Positions 51,284-64,000 are shown, counted from the stretch's first letter. The stretch is DNA of 64,000 nt from Mobula hypostoma (GCF_963921235.1 NC_086105.1:95480001-95544000), one strand, 5' to 3'. Notes: a model not told the origin generated them from the letters alone. Made by a program: numbers and translations.

Positions 51284-51957
51284 CTGGAGACAATGGGTTG
51301 AAAAACACAACGTGCATTAATTCATCCATCATTGGGTTTAAGCCTCACTTAAAATAATCGACAAATTTGTAAAAGATCTTTTACTTTGCCAGTACTTGTA
51401 ACTACTTCACCACTGTAGTAATACACTACTCATTAATCCGATTGTCTCATTTATTTTTACAACTGAATTTATGGCCTCACAAGTGGACTGCACACAAACT
51501 GTACACGCAGCAAATTATATTTTTTCTTGCTGTTATTAGAACTCCAGGTGGAGCTTAACTAATCTCAAATGTAAATTTCAAACTTCAGTTTCTGAAGGAG
51601 GAGCAATCAACTGAATCCAACTTTAAGTTTGTGTAATCTGCCATTGTTCGAAGATTATACCAAGCTATTAGAGATCGTACACTTCACAGTAAATTGCCTG
51701 TATTTAATATGTACAAAGACAGTGAGCAGTGTAGAGTGTGCTTTGTATATACTGGGGCCAATTAGCTTATCAGAATGAAGATGATGAACCGATTGAAGTA
51801 CTACTGTTTAAAGTATGTAAACTTATTGGAAAGGCTAACTTGGCAGACAAAGAAAAAAGCTAAACAGAGACGAAAGAAAAGCCATTTCAACTGCTAACTA
51901 TTTGCATTAGAATATTGGAAGCACTTGCCTTAGGAATTTAGAACTAAGCCATCTTAC

Positions 51958-52260
51958 TTTGTGGGTGGGATTCCTCAATGTTCTCTGTAGTTTCTAGTGC
52001 ACATGATCCTTTTCCGGGCGCTGTGTCCCAATTATTCTTCTCCACGAGAGATTTTTTTAATGCTTCTGTTCTTAGCTTTTCTTTAAGCTGACCGTAATCC
52101 TCCTCTGGAAGGTCAAAATCTTGGACTTCCTGGTTGTGAAATAACCTTTTGACAATAGTTTTTTTAACAGCGAGTAATGGTTCTGAACACACTAGTGTCC
52201 TGTATTTAGATCTCTTAGTGATCTTCCTGGAACTTCCATGTGTTCTACGATAGCTATTAC
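51958..52260 (-). CDS. PALB2: PALB2 exon 5a (MRG15-binding FxLP motif)
   Basis: 303 nt, phase 1-1; VQDFDLPEEDYGQLKEKLR (compare human TDFQLPDEDFGPLKLEK). Confidence 0.88.
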
Positions 52261-52559
52261 CTATTGGGACAATACAACTTCCATTACTTCAGAAAGCAGA
52301 AAGGTTAGTAGAAAACTGGCAGGCAGGAAAAGACCGTTTGAGCCAAATAGCCTACCCACAACTGTACTATAGTTTATTCTTAATAGGATTCCTGCACAAA
52401 AAGGAAAATAAGGTAAATTATTTAATAGGGAGAGCATATGCTGAGATAAGCATTCTCTAAAAAGTTTTAAAGTATTTATCTCTGGGAATTTTCATACAAC
52501 ACCCACCATCCCACAATGTAGTCAATGTATTATGCTTTCACTGAGATCTTTTAAAAGAC

Positions 52560-52806
52560 CGCTCAGGGCGTTCCAGAGTTCAATTCCCACACTGTCTGTA
52601 AGGAGTTTGTAGATTCTCCCTGTGGGTTTCCTTCGGGTGCTCCAGTTTCCTCCCACAGTCCAAAGATGCACTGGTTGGGTGAATTGGTCATTGTAAATCA
52701 TCCTGTGATTAGGCTAGTGTTATAGGTGGGTTGCTGGGCAGCATGGCTCGTTGGACCAGAAGGGCCTGTTCTGAGCAGTCTTTCTAAATAAAAATAAATA
52801 ATAAAT
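52560..52806 (+). mobile_element. V-SINE/HE1-type SINE
   Basis: B box gagttcaattcc; core gggtttccttcgggtgctccagtttcctcccacagtccaaaga; (TAAA)n tail. Confidence 0.7.
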
Positions 52807-52889
52807 AGTGCAGGTTTCCAGCTTCTAATCATTTAGATTTAGTGTCTGTAAGAACCATAAAAGAACATCTTCAGAATTGTAACAGAAGA

Positions 52890-53460
52890 TAAACAGTATA
52901 GCAGAGTACAAGCCCTTTGGCTCTGATGTTGTGCCACCCTTTTAACCTGCTTTCAGGTCAATCGAACCCTTCCCTCCCACATAACCCTCCATTTTTCTAT
53001 CATCCACGTGCCTATCAAAGTGTCCCTTCAATGTCGCAAATACTGTACATCTGCCTCTACCACCTCCCTGGCAGTGCGTTCCATGTACTTACCACTCTCT
53101 GTGTAAAAACCTACTGCTGACATACCCCCCTATACCCCTCTTTGTATTAATCACTGCCATCCTGGGACAGAGGCACGGGCTGTCCACCCTATCTATGCCT
53201 CTTATCATCTTATACACCTCTCATTCTCCTTCAGTCCAAAGAGAAAAGTCCTAGCTTGTTCAACCTTTTCTCATAAAACAGGCTCTGTAATCCAGGCAGC
53301 ACCCTGATGAATCTCCTCTGCACCCTCCCTAAAACTTCCACATCCTTCCTATTATGAGATGACCAGAACTGAACACGAGACCCCAAGTGTGGTCTAGCCA
53401 GTTTTATAGAGCTGCAACACTACCTCACGCTTGTTGAACTCATTCTCCCAACTAATGGTA
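52890..53460 (-). mobile_element. CR1 3' fragment
   Basis: Reverse complement of the CR1 RT C-terminus (RPHLGSRVQFWS-like) and tail. Confidence 0.7.
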
Positions 53461-53890
53461 ATGGTTCTATAGAGATCTCATTTTTTCTTTAAAGAAATCC
53501 TATTGCATATTTATTGAAGAGAAAAATACAATTGACTTTTGGATTAGGTAGAAAATAGACTGTCATACTTCGAGGGACTGATTAAATGGCAATGTGTGCT
53601 TACTCTCTTAGATGACACAATGAACCATTCTATTTTCTGCTCTTTTGTAGATTATTTGAACCTCTCTGGTTTTAGACACAATGTCTGTAGAGAACAGTCA
53701 CTATACTTAAAGGCTTCCAGTGGCCGTGAAGTGTTTTTCAGAGATTATGCAAGATTGTATGAAAATAAAAGTTCTTTTTTACTTTTTTCTAATCAAAAAT
53801 AAATGAGCTTTGCTTTCAGAGCAAATCATGCATGAGACTAGCAGTCAAATCAATTCAAGTCCAACAAACCACAGTGTATTCGGTGCTCAC

Positions 53891-55639
53891 CTCCTGAGAG
53901 CTTCACTCTCCTCCTGGACTGAGACACTGGCAACTCTGTCTGCTCTTGGTCCAAACCAACCCCCAATGGAAGTGACCACCTTGTGTCATTTAAACGCTGC
54001 TTCAAGGCAGTGTCATCGGAAGAATCCTGCTGAGTTTCCGGGATCATGTCCTGACTGTCAATATCACTATTTGTGCTTGATAGCTCAGGCATACTCACTG
54101 CAGATTTAACTTGTGCTATCAACAGATCATTTGTGTCTTCTTTACAAGGTTTTATCAACACATCATTAGTCTGAATTGCGTTAGATTTCTGCAGTGGTTC
54201 TACTTGTTCATTGGCTTTGTTTTGCAATGGGCTGGAATTCTTCAGAGTGAAGTTAGTAGTCCCTGAAAAGTGATGACTATCCATGTTATTTTCAGTTTCT
54301 CCATCGAGTTCATTAGAGTCAGGCATTGTCTGGCATGTATTAATTTCATTCCTCTTGACGTCATTTTCACCCTGAACATCAGAAGGCAGAGCAATCTGAA
54401 CATCGCTGGGAACTCTGTGGTCATTTGAATTCTTCTCCACAGACTTCTGTGGAAAATCAGTCAGCTGGAACTTAGTACTTTCTCTTCTACCTCTTTTTCT
54501 TCCTTTCCTTTGGCTTGATTTAGTGTTCTGGGAATTATCACTCACATTACAACGATCTTGCAGGGTAGGCTGCAAGGAAGTTGAACCAGATTCTCTGGCA
54601 CCACCTTCCCGATTATTAAAAAGTAACAACGTATCACAGGTTTCTGCTTCACCCTTTGGGGTGCCTTCTACAGGACTGCTCTGGTTATGCGTGGATTTCC
54701 TGGGTCTTCCTTTCCCCCCATTTCTGGACTTTCCCAACTGGTTATGAATCACTGCATCCAGATCCACCTGTCGCTGACAACTGGCCATTTGGCGAGTGGT
54801 CCGAACGTAGTACTCGACAGGAAAGATAAGTCCTTCAACAAGTGTACAAGACTTCAGTGGGCTATCTCCCGGAGACTTACACACAGTGGTAGCTGCTTGC
54901 TGCTCACCTGGTTCTGCTACAACTCTCTCATCCTTAAGGTTGGATTCAGAAGCTTCACTAGGGTCCTTAGAGCAATTTGGCTTTGCTTCTGGCAGCGTAG
55001 CATCTTCAGTCGGCACTGCTGAAGAGCAAGCTTCATTATTGCACATCAGCCCTCCTGAGGACTTGCCTTCAGGACAGTGAGAATTAGAGTCACTTGCTAG
55101 TCTTGTGTTGGGTGTAATCACACAATTATCTTCTATTTCCTGTGCTCCATTCATTAACAGTGCTGAGTTCCCCTCAGATTGGAGGAGTGCATCGAGCTTT
55201 GTGTTCTCTTCAACACATCTATCAAGAATCTGGGGGACATTGATAACTCTGTTACTGATGAGTGGATCCACTGTTTCCATTTTTTTAACACAAGGCTCTC
55301 CACTGGCAGCCAAAGGTTCATCTGACTCACTGGTTAATTCACACTCTCTTTTCAATACTTTGCATGACCTCTTTTTTCTTAGTTTCAGACGACTTTGAAC
55401 TCCTCCTTCTGTCCTTGTGATGGGATTAATTTCTTCAGCTGCAGGACTGCAGGGTTGAGCTGAAGAGTCAACACTTTCGCAGGTGCCCATTAAAGACTCA
55501 TTTGAATGCTTAATAATTTCTGGCTCAATGCTGAAGGTTATGGTAGAATTCTTTTCCTTGCTTTCTTCTGCTGGAACTCGACTTTCCTTAAAAGGAGAGC
55601 TGGACCAATATGTCCCCAAAATAGAGGGATATTCATTTC
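53891..55639 (-). CDS. PALB2: PALB2 large exon 4 (contains ChAM)
   Basis: 1749 nt open, phase 1-1; ChAM SCTLVEGLIFPVEYYVRTTRQMASCQRQVDLDAVIHNQL; ttttaag|GA acceptor and G|GTGAG donor. Confidence 0.95.
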
Positions 55640-56107
55640 CTTAAAAAGAATCAAGAAAGACACATTAGATCCTTTCCTAACCCTTCAGAGAAACAGAATG
55701 AAACAGGGACATAAACATCTTACTGACAAAAGAACCATACAGGGAACAGGCCTCAAATTGTGAAAAGCGTAAGTTAGGAAACGCAAGTTAGTTAATCGGC
55801 AAAGAAACAGGATTAAAAGAACAGAAAGCAAAGGTGTTCCCCTCAGTGCAGTAGCTTACAACTCCACACCCTTAACGCAGACATCAGTACATACATGCAT
55901 TACATAGAAAGCCAAACATAGGAGAGTTGAGAAGCAGGTTGGCTGTACGCATTCAGTTATACAGCCTGCATATGCCCTTTAGGGTTAACACTCCTCGCTG
56001 GAACATGGGAACTTAAGAAAATTCTTCACCGTGGCCCATCATAAATGAAATATCAATGAAAAGGCACAATCCAGTGTGAGGCTGAAACCATTTTACTGTG
56101 GACCTAC

Positions 56108-56207
56108 CCACTGTCAGCTGCGATGTGCTCTGTTCTTCCTGCAGCCGGTTCTGATGTGCAATGTTTTTTTTAACATGATTCTGTATCCTCTCAGCTTTCT
56201 CTGCACA
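56108..56207 (-). CDS. PALB2: PALB2 exon 3
   Basis: 100 nt; CAEKAERIQNHVKKNIAHQN (compare human [20 protein letters not shown]). Confidence 0.9.
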
Positions 56208-57019
56208 CTAAAGGTAGAAAATAAGGGATAAATATCATATGGTCAACATAAATACATTGTACATGGAATAGATAGTTCTGAAAAGCTGGCATGGAACTAT
56301 TGCTCAAACATCGTCCATCTAAGGATTTTATAACTTGATGAAAGTTACTGTGATCGATTTCTATTCCATATTCAACAGAAGAGCACCTCATCACCAAATT
56401 ATTTGAACTATTGCAGAAAATGTTACAAAATATTATCAGGCATAAAATATGCTTTCATCTTACTGCAATATTAAAGTATTTTTAAACTGAAGCCACATGC
56501 AGCTATTCAGGTGGGCAAGAGGTCCAGCAGCACCCACAACGTTCTTCCATTCAGCATCAAAACATCTTAAAAGTTATTTTATCTAGCATTTACTGGATGC
56601 AATGTTTTCATCTTCAGAACCACAAAAGTTTTTTTTTAAAACACATGCTCAATGCTATGAGCATTTTCACTTTTTTTTCTGGAATCACTAAGCTCTCTGC
56701 TCAGGTCAATGCTGGTTGACCTCAACGTACATAAATGATGTTATATTAATGAAACTTGGTTTCAGAATGAAGGTACCTCACCCAAATGCAGTAATAGCTA
56801 GGCAAAATATAAAAGGTTTTCCATTTACATAACGCTTTTTACGCTGTCTCATCACTCCAGGGAGCTATTTTCTACCCTGATCTCAGATGCAGTTCACGTG
56901 GAGTTTGTATATCCTCTCTGTTACTGCCAGGGTTTCCTTCAGATTGTCAGCTTTCCTTCCGTATTCCAAAGACATGCTAGTGGATTAATTGACTACTGTA
57001 ATTTATCCTTTACTGTACA

Positions 57020-57870
57020 GCAGCACAGACTGGAGCTTCTGCGAGTAATTCGGAAGGCACAAGATCAGTTCATCCCAAAGAAGAAGCAGCATTCTAAAGT
57101 GGAGATGAGGCAACCATGGCTGACAAGGGAAGTTAAAGACAGCATAAAAGCAAAAGAGAGGGCATGCAATATAGCAAAAATTATTGGGCAGCTAGAGGAT
57201 TGGGAAACTTTCAAAAACCAACAGAAGGCAACTAAAAAAAGGATTAAGAAGAGAAAAGATGGAATATAAAGGTAAGGTAAGCCAATAATATAAACGAGGA
57301 TACCAAAAGTTTTTACAGCTATATAAAGCGTAAAAGAGAGGCAAGAGCGGACATCAGACCACTGCAAAATGACCCTGGAGAAGAGGAAATGGCAGAAAAA
57401 CCGAATAAGTATTTTGTGTCAGTCTTCGCTGTGGATGACACCAGCAGCATGCCAGAAATTCGAGAGGGTCAAAGGGCAGAAGTGAGAGCAATTGTTTATA
57501 TGGAGAAAATATTTGGAAAGCTGAAAGGTCTGAAAGTACATAAGTCACCTGAACCAGATGGACTACACCCCAGAGTTCTAAAAGAGATAGATGAAGAGAT
57601 TGTGGAGGCATTAGTAATGATGTTTCAAGAATCACTAGATTCTGGAATGGTTCCAGAGGACTGGAAAATCACAAATGTCACTCCACTGTTTAAGAAGGGA
57701 GATAGGCAAAAGTCAGGAAGTTACAGGCCAGTTCGTCTTACTTCAGTGGTTGTCAAGATGTTAGAGATAAATAAGGATGGAAGTTCAGGGTACATGATAA
57801 AATAGGCAGTTCAGCATTGTTCCTCAAGGGGAAATCTTGGCTGAAAAACTGGAATTCTTTGAGGAATTGA
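57020..57870 (+). mobile_element. CR1 internal fragment
   Basis: QPWLTREVKDSIKAKE; KSPEPDGLHPRVLKE; YRPVRLTS. Confidence 0.85.
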
Positions 57871-58209
57871 ATACTTGACCCTTGCCAAAAGATACCTCTC
57901 AGCTAGGATGCACACACAGATAGGATTTTATCCATACTTCACCTCATAAACAATCTGATGGCCCCAATCCAACAGGAGTCAAATAGAAACAGCATCTGGG
58001 CTGTCTTTAAGCCCATCATAATTAGTTAAGACAATCTCGGCTCCCTTAACAGGAAACACCACACCTAGTTTGATGAGAATGATCGAGAGATCCAGGAGCT
58101 AATTAACCACAAACACAAAGCATTGTTCAATTGAAACAATGGCTCTACAGGAACCCAAAGGTCAAGGCCAAACAAAAATCCCATGGTTTGGAGAACAAAT
58201 GGTGGTTGG

Positions 58210-60520
58210 AAAGATAGTCATCATCTTTTTCCCACCTTGGAGAGTCTAAAACATAGGTTTAAGGTGAGAGGGGTGATATTTAAAGGCTTTCTGAGGAGCA
58301 AAACTTTCATAAAACCTAGAAGTGAGTATACCTTATTAACCAATTTCTCAACCTGCCCTGCACTTTCAATGGTTTGAACACACCCATCTCAAGATCCCTC
58401 AGCTCCTGCAGCCCTTTAAGAACAATATCCTTTAGTCTATGTTGTCTCACCTCATTCTTCTTTCCAAGATTCATGACTTCACCTTTCCCATATTTAACAA
58501 GACCTGCTCAGCATCTGCCTATTCTTTCAGCCTATTTGTACACTGCTGCAATTTATCATTGTCCTTTTCTCTGTTCACATGCCCCAAGTATAGGTCATTA
58601 ACATAGATCAAAGCAATGGCCTCAACTCCGATCCATGAAAAATGCTATTATTCCCCTTCCTCTGGTCTAAAATGAGAACAGCCATTCACCATGAACCCTA
58701 CTGCCTGCTAGATAGCCAGTTTTACACCCAGCTTAACATCTCTTTCATGCACGTGCTTCAGCTTTGCTGATAAGCCTATTTTGAGGCATTCAAAGAAAAG
58801 CCTTCTTGAAGTCCACATACATCAAGACAACCGTGTCACCATTGACTCTATCTGTTACATAAATGAAAAATTCTAACAAGAGTTGAACACAAATCGAGCT
58901 TAGTAAATCTGTGCTAGTTTGCTTTCATTTATTTTCCTCAAGGTGCCCATTAATCCTGTCCTAGATCAGTGTTTCTAAAAGCTTTCCGATCATTATTATT
59001 TTACTGGCCTATGGCTGCTGGGATTATTCTTAGTTCCTTTATTGAGGAATGAACATTTGCCACCATCTGGTCCTCTGGTGCGATGCTGTGTTCAAAGAGC
59101 ACCAGTCACTATACCCATGATTTTCTCTTGAACTTCTCTCAAAATCCGAGGATGCATCCCACTGGTCCTGGTCAGTTACTTATTTAAGTTCAGTCAGCTT
59201 TATGACAGGTCTCGCCACACGGGGAGAACTGGACACCATAGACACCCTGGCAGATTCGTAGGTGAAGTGTTGCCTCACACGGAGGGACTGTTTGGGGCCC
59301 TGAATGGAGGGGAGGGAGGAGATGGGTAGTTGCTGCACTTTGGCCACTTGCAGGGATAAGTGCCGAGTGCCCAGAGAGAGATTGGTGGGGAGGGACAAAT
59401 GGACAAGGAAATCATGGAGTGAGTGATCCCTACAGAAAGCCGTGGGGGTGGGGGGACAAATAGGTGCAGAGGAGTTTTGGTGATAGGATCCCTTTGGAGA
59501 AGGTGGAAGTTGCGGAGACTCGTAGGGCGGTAGGACAAGAGGAACTCTATCAGTGTTAAAGCAGCGGGAAGATGGGGTGAGTGTGGATGTTTTAAATCTT
59601 TTAATGTTATAACCATTATCTTCTAAATGTTCCCCAATTAAAAATTAAAGGCTTTAAGGTTTATTTTATTGTCAGCAAGTATGCATGCAGAATATAACAC
59701 TGAGACTTGTCTTCTCCAGACAGCCATGAAATACAGAAAGAATATGGAGTCGTTCAATGAAAAGATATCAAACACCCAGCACAAAAAAGAAAAGGAAACA
59801 AAAACTTGCAAACCCCAACCCCTCCCTCGCACAAAAACTAACAGATTGTCCACCTGGAAAACGGCAGCTAGAACACCAAACCTCAAAACCCCAACTCCCT
59901 CCATCGCAAATAAAACTAACGTATCGGCCACTTGACCCAATTCATTCCACAGAAACAGACTCAGCACCATTGGTCTCTCCTTGTGGGTTTGGCATGTCAT
60001 CAAAACCTTGACAAACTTCTATAGACGTGTGGTGCGAAGGGTGCCGAGCGGAAAATCACACCAAAGGTAGTGGATTCAGCCCAGTACAGCACAGGTAAAA
60101 TGATCCTGAACATTGAGCACATCTACATAAAATGTTGTCATAGAAAAGCAGCATCCATCATGAAAGATCCTCACCTCCTCAGGCCATACTCCTTTCTCAC
60201 TGCTGCCAGCAGGTAGAAGGTACATGAGCCTCAGGATTCGCACCACCAGGTTCAAGAAAAGTTACTACCCCTCAACCACAGGTTCTTCAGGGGATAACTA
60301 CACTCATTTAAGGACGGTTTTGTTGATGGATGTTATATTATTATTTCATGCTCGTTATTTATTGCTATTTACTTATATCTGCAATTGCACATTTTCTTTA
60401 CAGTTCCTGATTTCCAGTTTACATTTACTGTTCTATACATTTGCTAAGTATGCCCGCAGAAAAAGAATCTCAGGGTTGTATGTGGTGACACGTATGTATG
60501 CTGATTAATACATTTTACTT
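58210..60520. mobile_element. Patchwork of CR1 (about 58210-59180), Penelope-like (about 59200-59590, -) and Rex/Babar (about 59980-60520, +) fragments
   Basis: Similarity to better-preserved copies in this window. Confidence 0.55.
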
Positions 60521-60654
60521 TGATCTTTGGGACCAAAAACAGACTGCTGTAGAAAATCACCTTGGGCACAAGATACCCCAGCGTTCGAGGATCGTAAAAG
60601 CAGCTCCTCAAAACCCTTAGATATGCCCGATTCCAAGAAAGAAATGTCACTCAC

Positions 60655-60714
60655 CTGCAACTTATACACCGTCTTTGCATATTCTTTCTTCAGCAGGGCC
60701 AGTCGTTCCTTGAG
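60655..60714 (-). CDS. PALB2: PALB2 exon 2 (BRCA1-binding coiled coil)
   Basis: 60 nt; LKERLALLKKEYAKTVYKLQ (compare human [20 protein letters not shown]). Confidence 0.95.
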
Positions 60715-60794
60715 CTGGGGGTGAAAAGGAAGAATTAATTTCGGTCCTTTCTGTTTTACCGCGAGTATGATTTGGAGTTTGGCACTGGGCTCAC

Positions 60795-60842
60795 CTGCTC
60801 TCTCGTTTCCAGGCTGAGGGGCCTTTTCAGACCGCTCTCCAT
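60795..60842 (-). CDS. PALB2: PALB2 exon 1 coding part
   Basis: 48 nt MESGLKRPLSLETREQ|GTGAG. In-frame upstream ATGs at 60860 and 60968 make the start uncertain. Confidence 0.85.
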
Positions 60843-61172
60843 GATCAGCTGGTCCTCCATCAACACAGGAACTCCAGACAAAGGCCCCGCCACTTCTGAC
60901 CAATCAACGCCGGCCCTGCTCTCCCTCTCAGCCAATCGGAGGGAGCGGCGGGGAGGCCTGCTGATCATGGATGCCGCCGGACGTCACTCATGGAAATCCG
61001 CTCCGTTGTGAGGAAAAAGAATCACTCAAGTATTGTCGAGTAATGGTCATCTACGTTGGCAGTACGCAAGTAAATTAAAGGGAGGCGCGGTGTTTTCATC
61101 TTGGCCTCGCCTGCCCCGGAAGTGCTCGCTGTTCCGCTGGGCGTGGGTAGACAGCTGAGGCCGGAGGCGGCG
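60843..61172. promoter_or_regulatory. Bidirectional CpG-island promoter, PALB2/DCTN5
   Basis: 330 bp between divergent ATGs; CCAAT boxes at about 60900 and 60932; CRE-like GACGTCA at about 60980; ETS/GABP CCGGAAGTG at 61116-61124. Confidence 0.8.
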
Positions 61173-61220
61173 ATGGAGTTGTGCGAGATCTTGTACAACA
61201 AGGCGGAATATATTGAGACG
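61173..61220 (+). CDS. DCTN5: Dynactin subunit 5 (p25) exon 1
   Basis: MELCEILYNKAEYIET|GTGAGC (compare human MELGELLYNKSEYIET); head-to-head with PALB2, as in human. Confidence 0.93.
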
Positions 61221-61382
61221 GTGAGCGGCCCGGGTTGTTTGTTTTCTCCAAAGAACCGTGTCGGTCACCGGGCTGTCGAGAATGGAGAGGCAGCCCATCA
61301 GTTGGGGGACGAGGGGAGGGCGGAGTTGGGTGGGGACCAGCAGTTGAGGGAGGGGCACCTCTGTTTCGGGGTGCAGAATGAG

Positions 61383-64000
61383 GGGGCATAGGATGAATAG
61401 AAAACTGGTACCATGGTGGACAGAGGAATGTTGTCAGGCTGTAAAAAACAGAAATAGAGCACTCAGGCTAGTTAAAAGAACCCATAATATGCAGCATTTG
61501 GTTCAATATAAGAAAGCACAGGCACTGGTGAGAAGAACTATACGTCAAGCTAAAAGGGCAAGTTGGAGGAGTTTTTGCGACAAGGTAGGAAGAACAACAC
61601 CTGTGGGAGAGATATGGGGAATGATTAAGAGGATGGGAGGAGATAGAAGGGAATGGGAATATCCAGTAATGATATCTGAGGAGGAAACTGCAGTCTCCAG
61701 TAGGGATAAGGCTGAGATCATGGCCAAGTCATTTGTACTGATACACAGTTCAGAAAATTTGTCTGAAGAAGGGAGAAGAAGAAGGGAAAGAATAATGAGC
61801 CAACACCCAGGTGTGTTAAGCAGGAGGGAAGAAACAGATGATATAATTGATGATCCATTTACATTAGCAGAAATGGTGAGAGCAATAAAGAGCTCGAGAC
61901 CAATATCCCCAGGGAAAGATCTGATATGCTCTGTGATGCTAAAAAATCTAGGAGAAGGAGCGCTCTTGAAGTTGCTGCATTTTTATAACAGAGTGTGGGA
62001 GGAGGGAAGATTACCAAGTGCATGGAAAGAAGCAGTAGTAATTCCAATAAGGAAGCCTGGCAAGGATCTGTCAAAACCCACTAGCTACAGACCAATTGCA
62101 TTAACATCAAGTATATGTAAGATAATGGAAAGGATGATAACAGAAAGGTTATCATATGAGCTTGAGAAAAGGGTAATGCTGGCAAATTATCAGAGTGGTT
62201 TTAGAAAGGGAAGGAGTTCCATAGACTCAGTGATTATGTTAGAGACTGAAATAAGGAAGGCCCAGGCAAATAGAGAGTCAGTAGTGGCAGTGTTCTTTGA
62301 CATTGAAAAAGCCTATGATATGATGTGGAAGGAAGGATTATTAATTAAACTGCACAAGATGGGGGTTGGTGGGAGAGTTTTTAATTGGATTAAAGATTTT
62401 TTGTTTGGTAGAAAAATTCAAGTTCGGATGGGATCAGAATTATCAAAACAGTACATAGTGGAAAATGGCACACCTCAAGGTAGTGTGATTAGCCCATTAC
62501 TTTTCATGATTATGATCAATGATGTCTTCACAAAGGTACTAGTGGATATAGGTAGGTCACTGTTTGCGGATGATGGGGCCTTGTGGAAAAGAGGCAGGAA
62601 CATGGACCATATAATCAGGAAACTACAAGAAGCAATTGATGAAGTGGTGGAGTGGGGTTATGATTGGGGATGTAGATTTTCAGTAGACAAAACTCAATCT
62701 GTATTTTTTTTACCAGGAAAAGGGTTGAGGTAGGGAAGAAGTTAAGGATATATGGGGTTGAATTAGAAAGGGTTGCATCATTTAAATTTCTGGGAGTTAT
62801 ATTTGATTCACGATTAACATGGGCAGACCATATCAGGAAAGTTGAGGAGAAATGTAAAAAAGTAATAAATGTGATGAGATGGTTGACTGGTAGGGAATGG
62901 GGAGCAAGTTGTTCAGCTTTGAAGAGAATGTATGTGGCTTGAGTAAGATCTGTATTGGATTATGGAAATATAGTATATGGATCAGCAGCTAGGTCTCTTA
63001 TAAGGAAACTGGATGTGATTCAGGCTCAGGCCTTGGGAGTGTGCAGTGGGGCTTTTAAAACGTCACCAGTGTCAGCCCTACAGATAGAAATGGGAATAAT
63101 GCCTTTGGAACTAAGAAGGATGCAACTGATGGCAAACTACTGGGCTAACTTGCAGGGGCACAATGATTCTCACCCTACTAAAGGAGTGTTGCAGGAGTGC
63201 TGGGAAAATGGGAGGTTTCAGCGGGATACCTTTAGTCGGGTAGGGAATGATATCGCGAAAGAATGTGGAGTATTTGATCTGAGGATAAGTCCTTCAGTAG
63301 TTTATCCGGTTGTAGCTCCATGGAAGCTTGTATGGCCTGACATAGACTGGCATTTATTAGAGGTAAAAAGGAAAGAAAGATATAAAACAAATTTGGTAAA
63401 TGCATTTAACTGTCATGTGATGGAAAAGTATAGTGATTATACTCACATTTATACGGATGGTGCGAAGGAACCTGCAACAGGAGTGACAGGGTTTGGGGTG
63501 GTCATACCAGCAAAAGAAATTGGAATCAGCAGAAGAACATCTAATAAGTTAGGAGTGTTTACAGTGGAGATGCTGGCGGTGTTGGTTGCGTTGCAATGGG
63601 TGCAGAAAGCCAGACAAGTCAAAGCATTGATATGTTCAGATTCATCCTCAGTTCTCGCAAGTTTAAGGTCTTTTCACACAAACAGTCGGCAAGATGTACT
63701 TTATGAAGTCCTTCAGTTAGTTACAAGAATTGCCAACCAGGGAGGTCAGGTAAAATTTCTATGGGTTCCAGCACATGTAGGGGTGAAGGGGAATGAGAGG
63801 GTGGATGAGTTGGCAAAGAGGGCGTTAAAGAAAGAAAATGTGGAAATGCACATTAGTATCATTAAAGCAGAGGTTAAGTGTGTAATCTGGGAAAAAGTCA
63901 ACTGAATGTGGCAAGAAAGATGGGACAGGGAGGGGAAAGGGAGGCATTTATATCAAATACTAAAGAGTGTTGCAGTTACTAGGGTAGGTAATGGAAACAG
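61383..64000 (+). mobile_element. I/Nimb-clade LINE (RT + RNase H), 5'-truncated, running off the window end
   Basis: PWW..; SYRPIALTS, GTPQGSVISP and LFADD; RNase H IYTDGAK..EMLA..CSDS..WVPAHVGVKGNERVDELAK; frameshift near 62705 and stops near 62940 and 63905. Confidence 0.9.

Noticed and set aside
61101-61391. 96-aa ORF as the full DCTN5 N-terminus
   Set aside because: Only 61173-61220 matches DCTN5. The rest is 5'UTR and intron read-through.

Overview
This is vertebrate nuclear DNA, most likely from a cartilaginous fish (ray or shark). That is inferred from the repeat landscape: CR1, Penelope-like, Rex/Babar and V-SINE-type elements. The window holds the conserved NDUFAB1-PALB2-DCTN5 block. 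NDUFAB1 is on the - strand (4 coding exons plus a 3'UTR exon, about 154 aa). PALB2 is complete on the - strand (14 coding exons, about 1287 aa). DCTN5 exon 1 is on the + strand, head-to-head with PALB2. To the left of NDUFAB1 there is an unrecognised CUB-like exon with what look like degenerate paralogs, and a 5.3 kb minisatellite with a 36-bp unit. The most notable hidden element is absent from the ORF track: a decayed endogenous foamy-virus-like (spumaretrovirus) pol fragment (connection, RNase H, integrase) at about 23.3-25.1 kb, inside NDUFAB1 intron 1. Also present are a DD34E Tc1 transposon, an RNase H-bearing I/Nimb-type LINE in DCTN5 intron 1, an RTE-type tRNA SINE, nested CR1 insertions, relic hammerhead-ribozyme motifs in Penelope-derived tails, and a 175-N assembly gap. 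Exon boundaries were read by eye. Homology calls rest on recalled protein sequences, not database searches.
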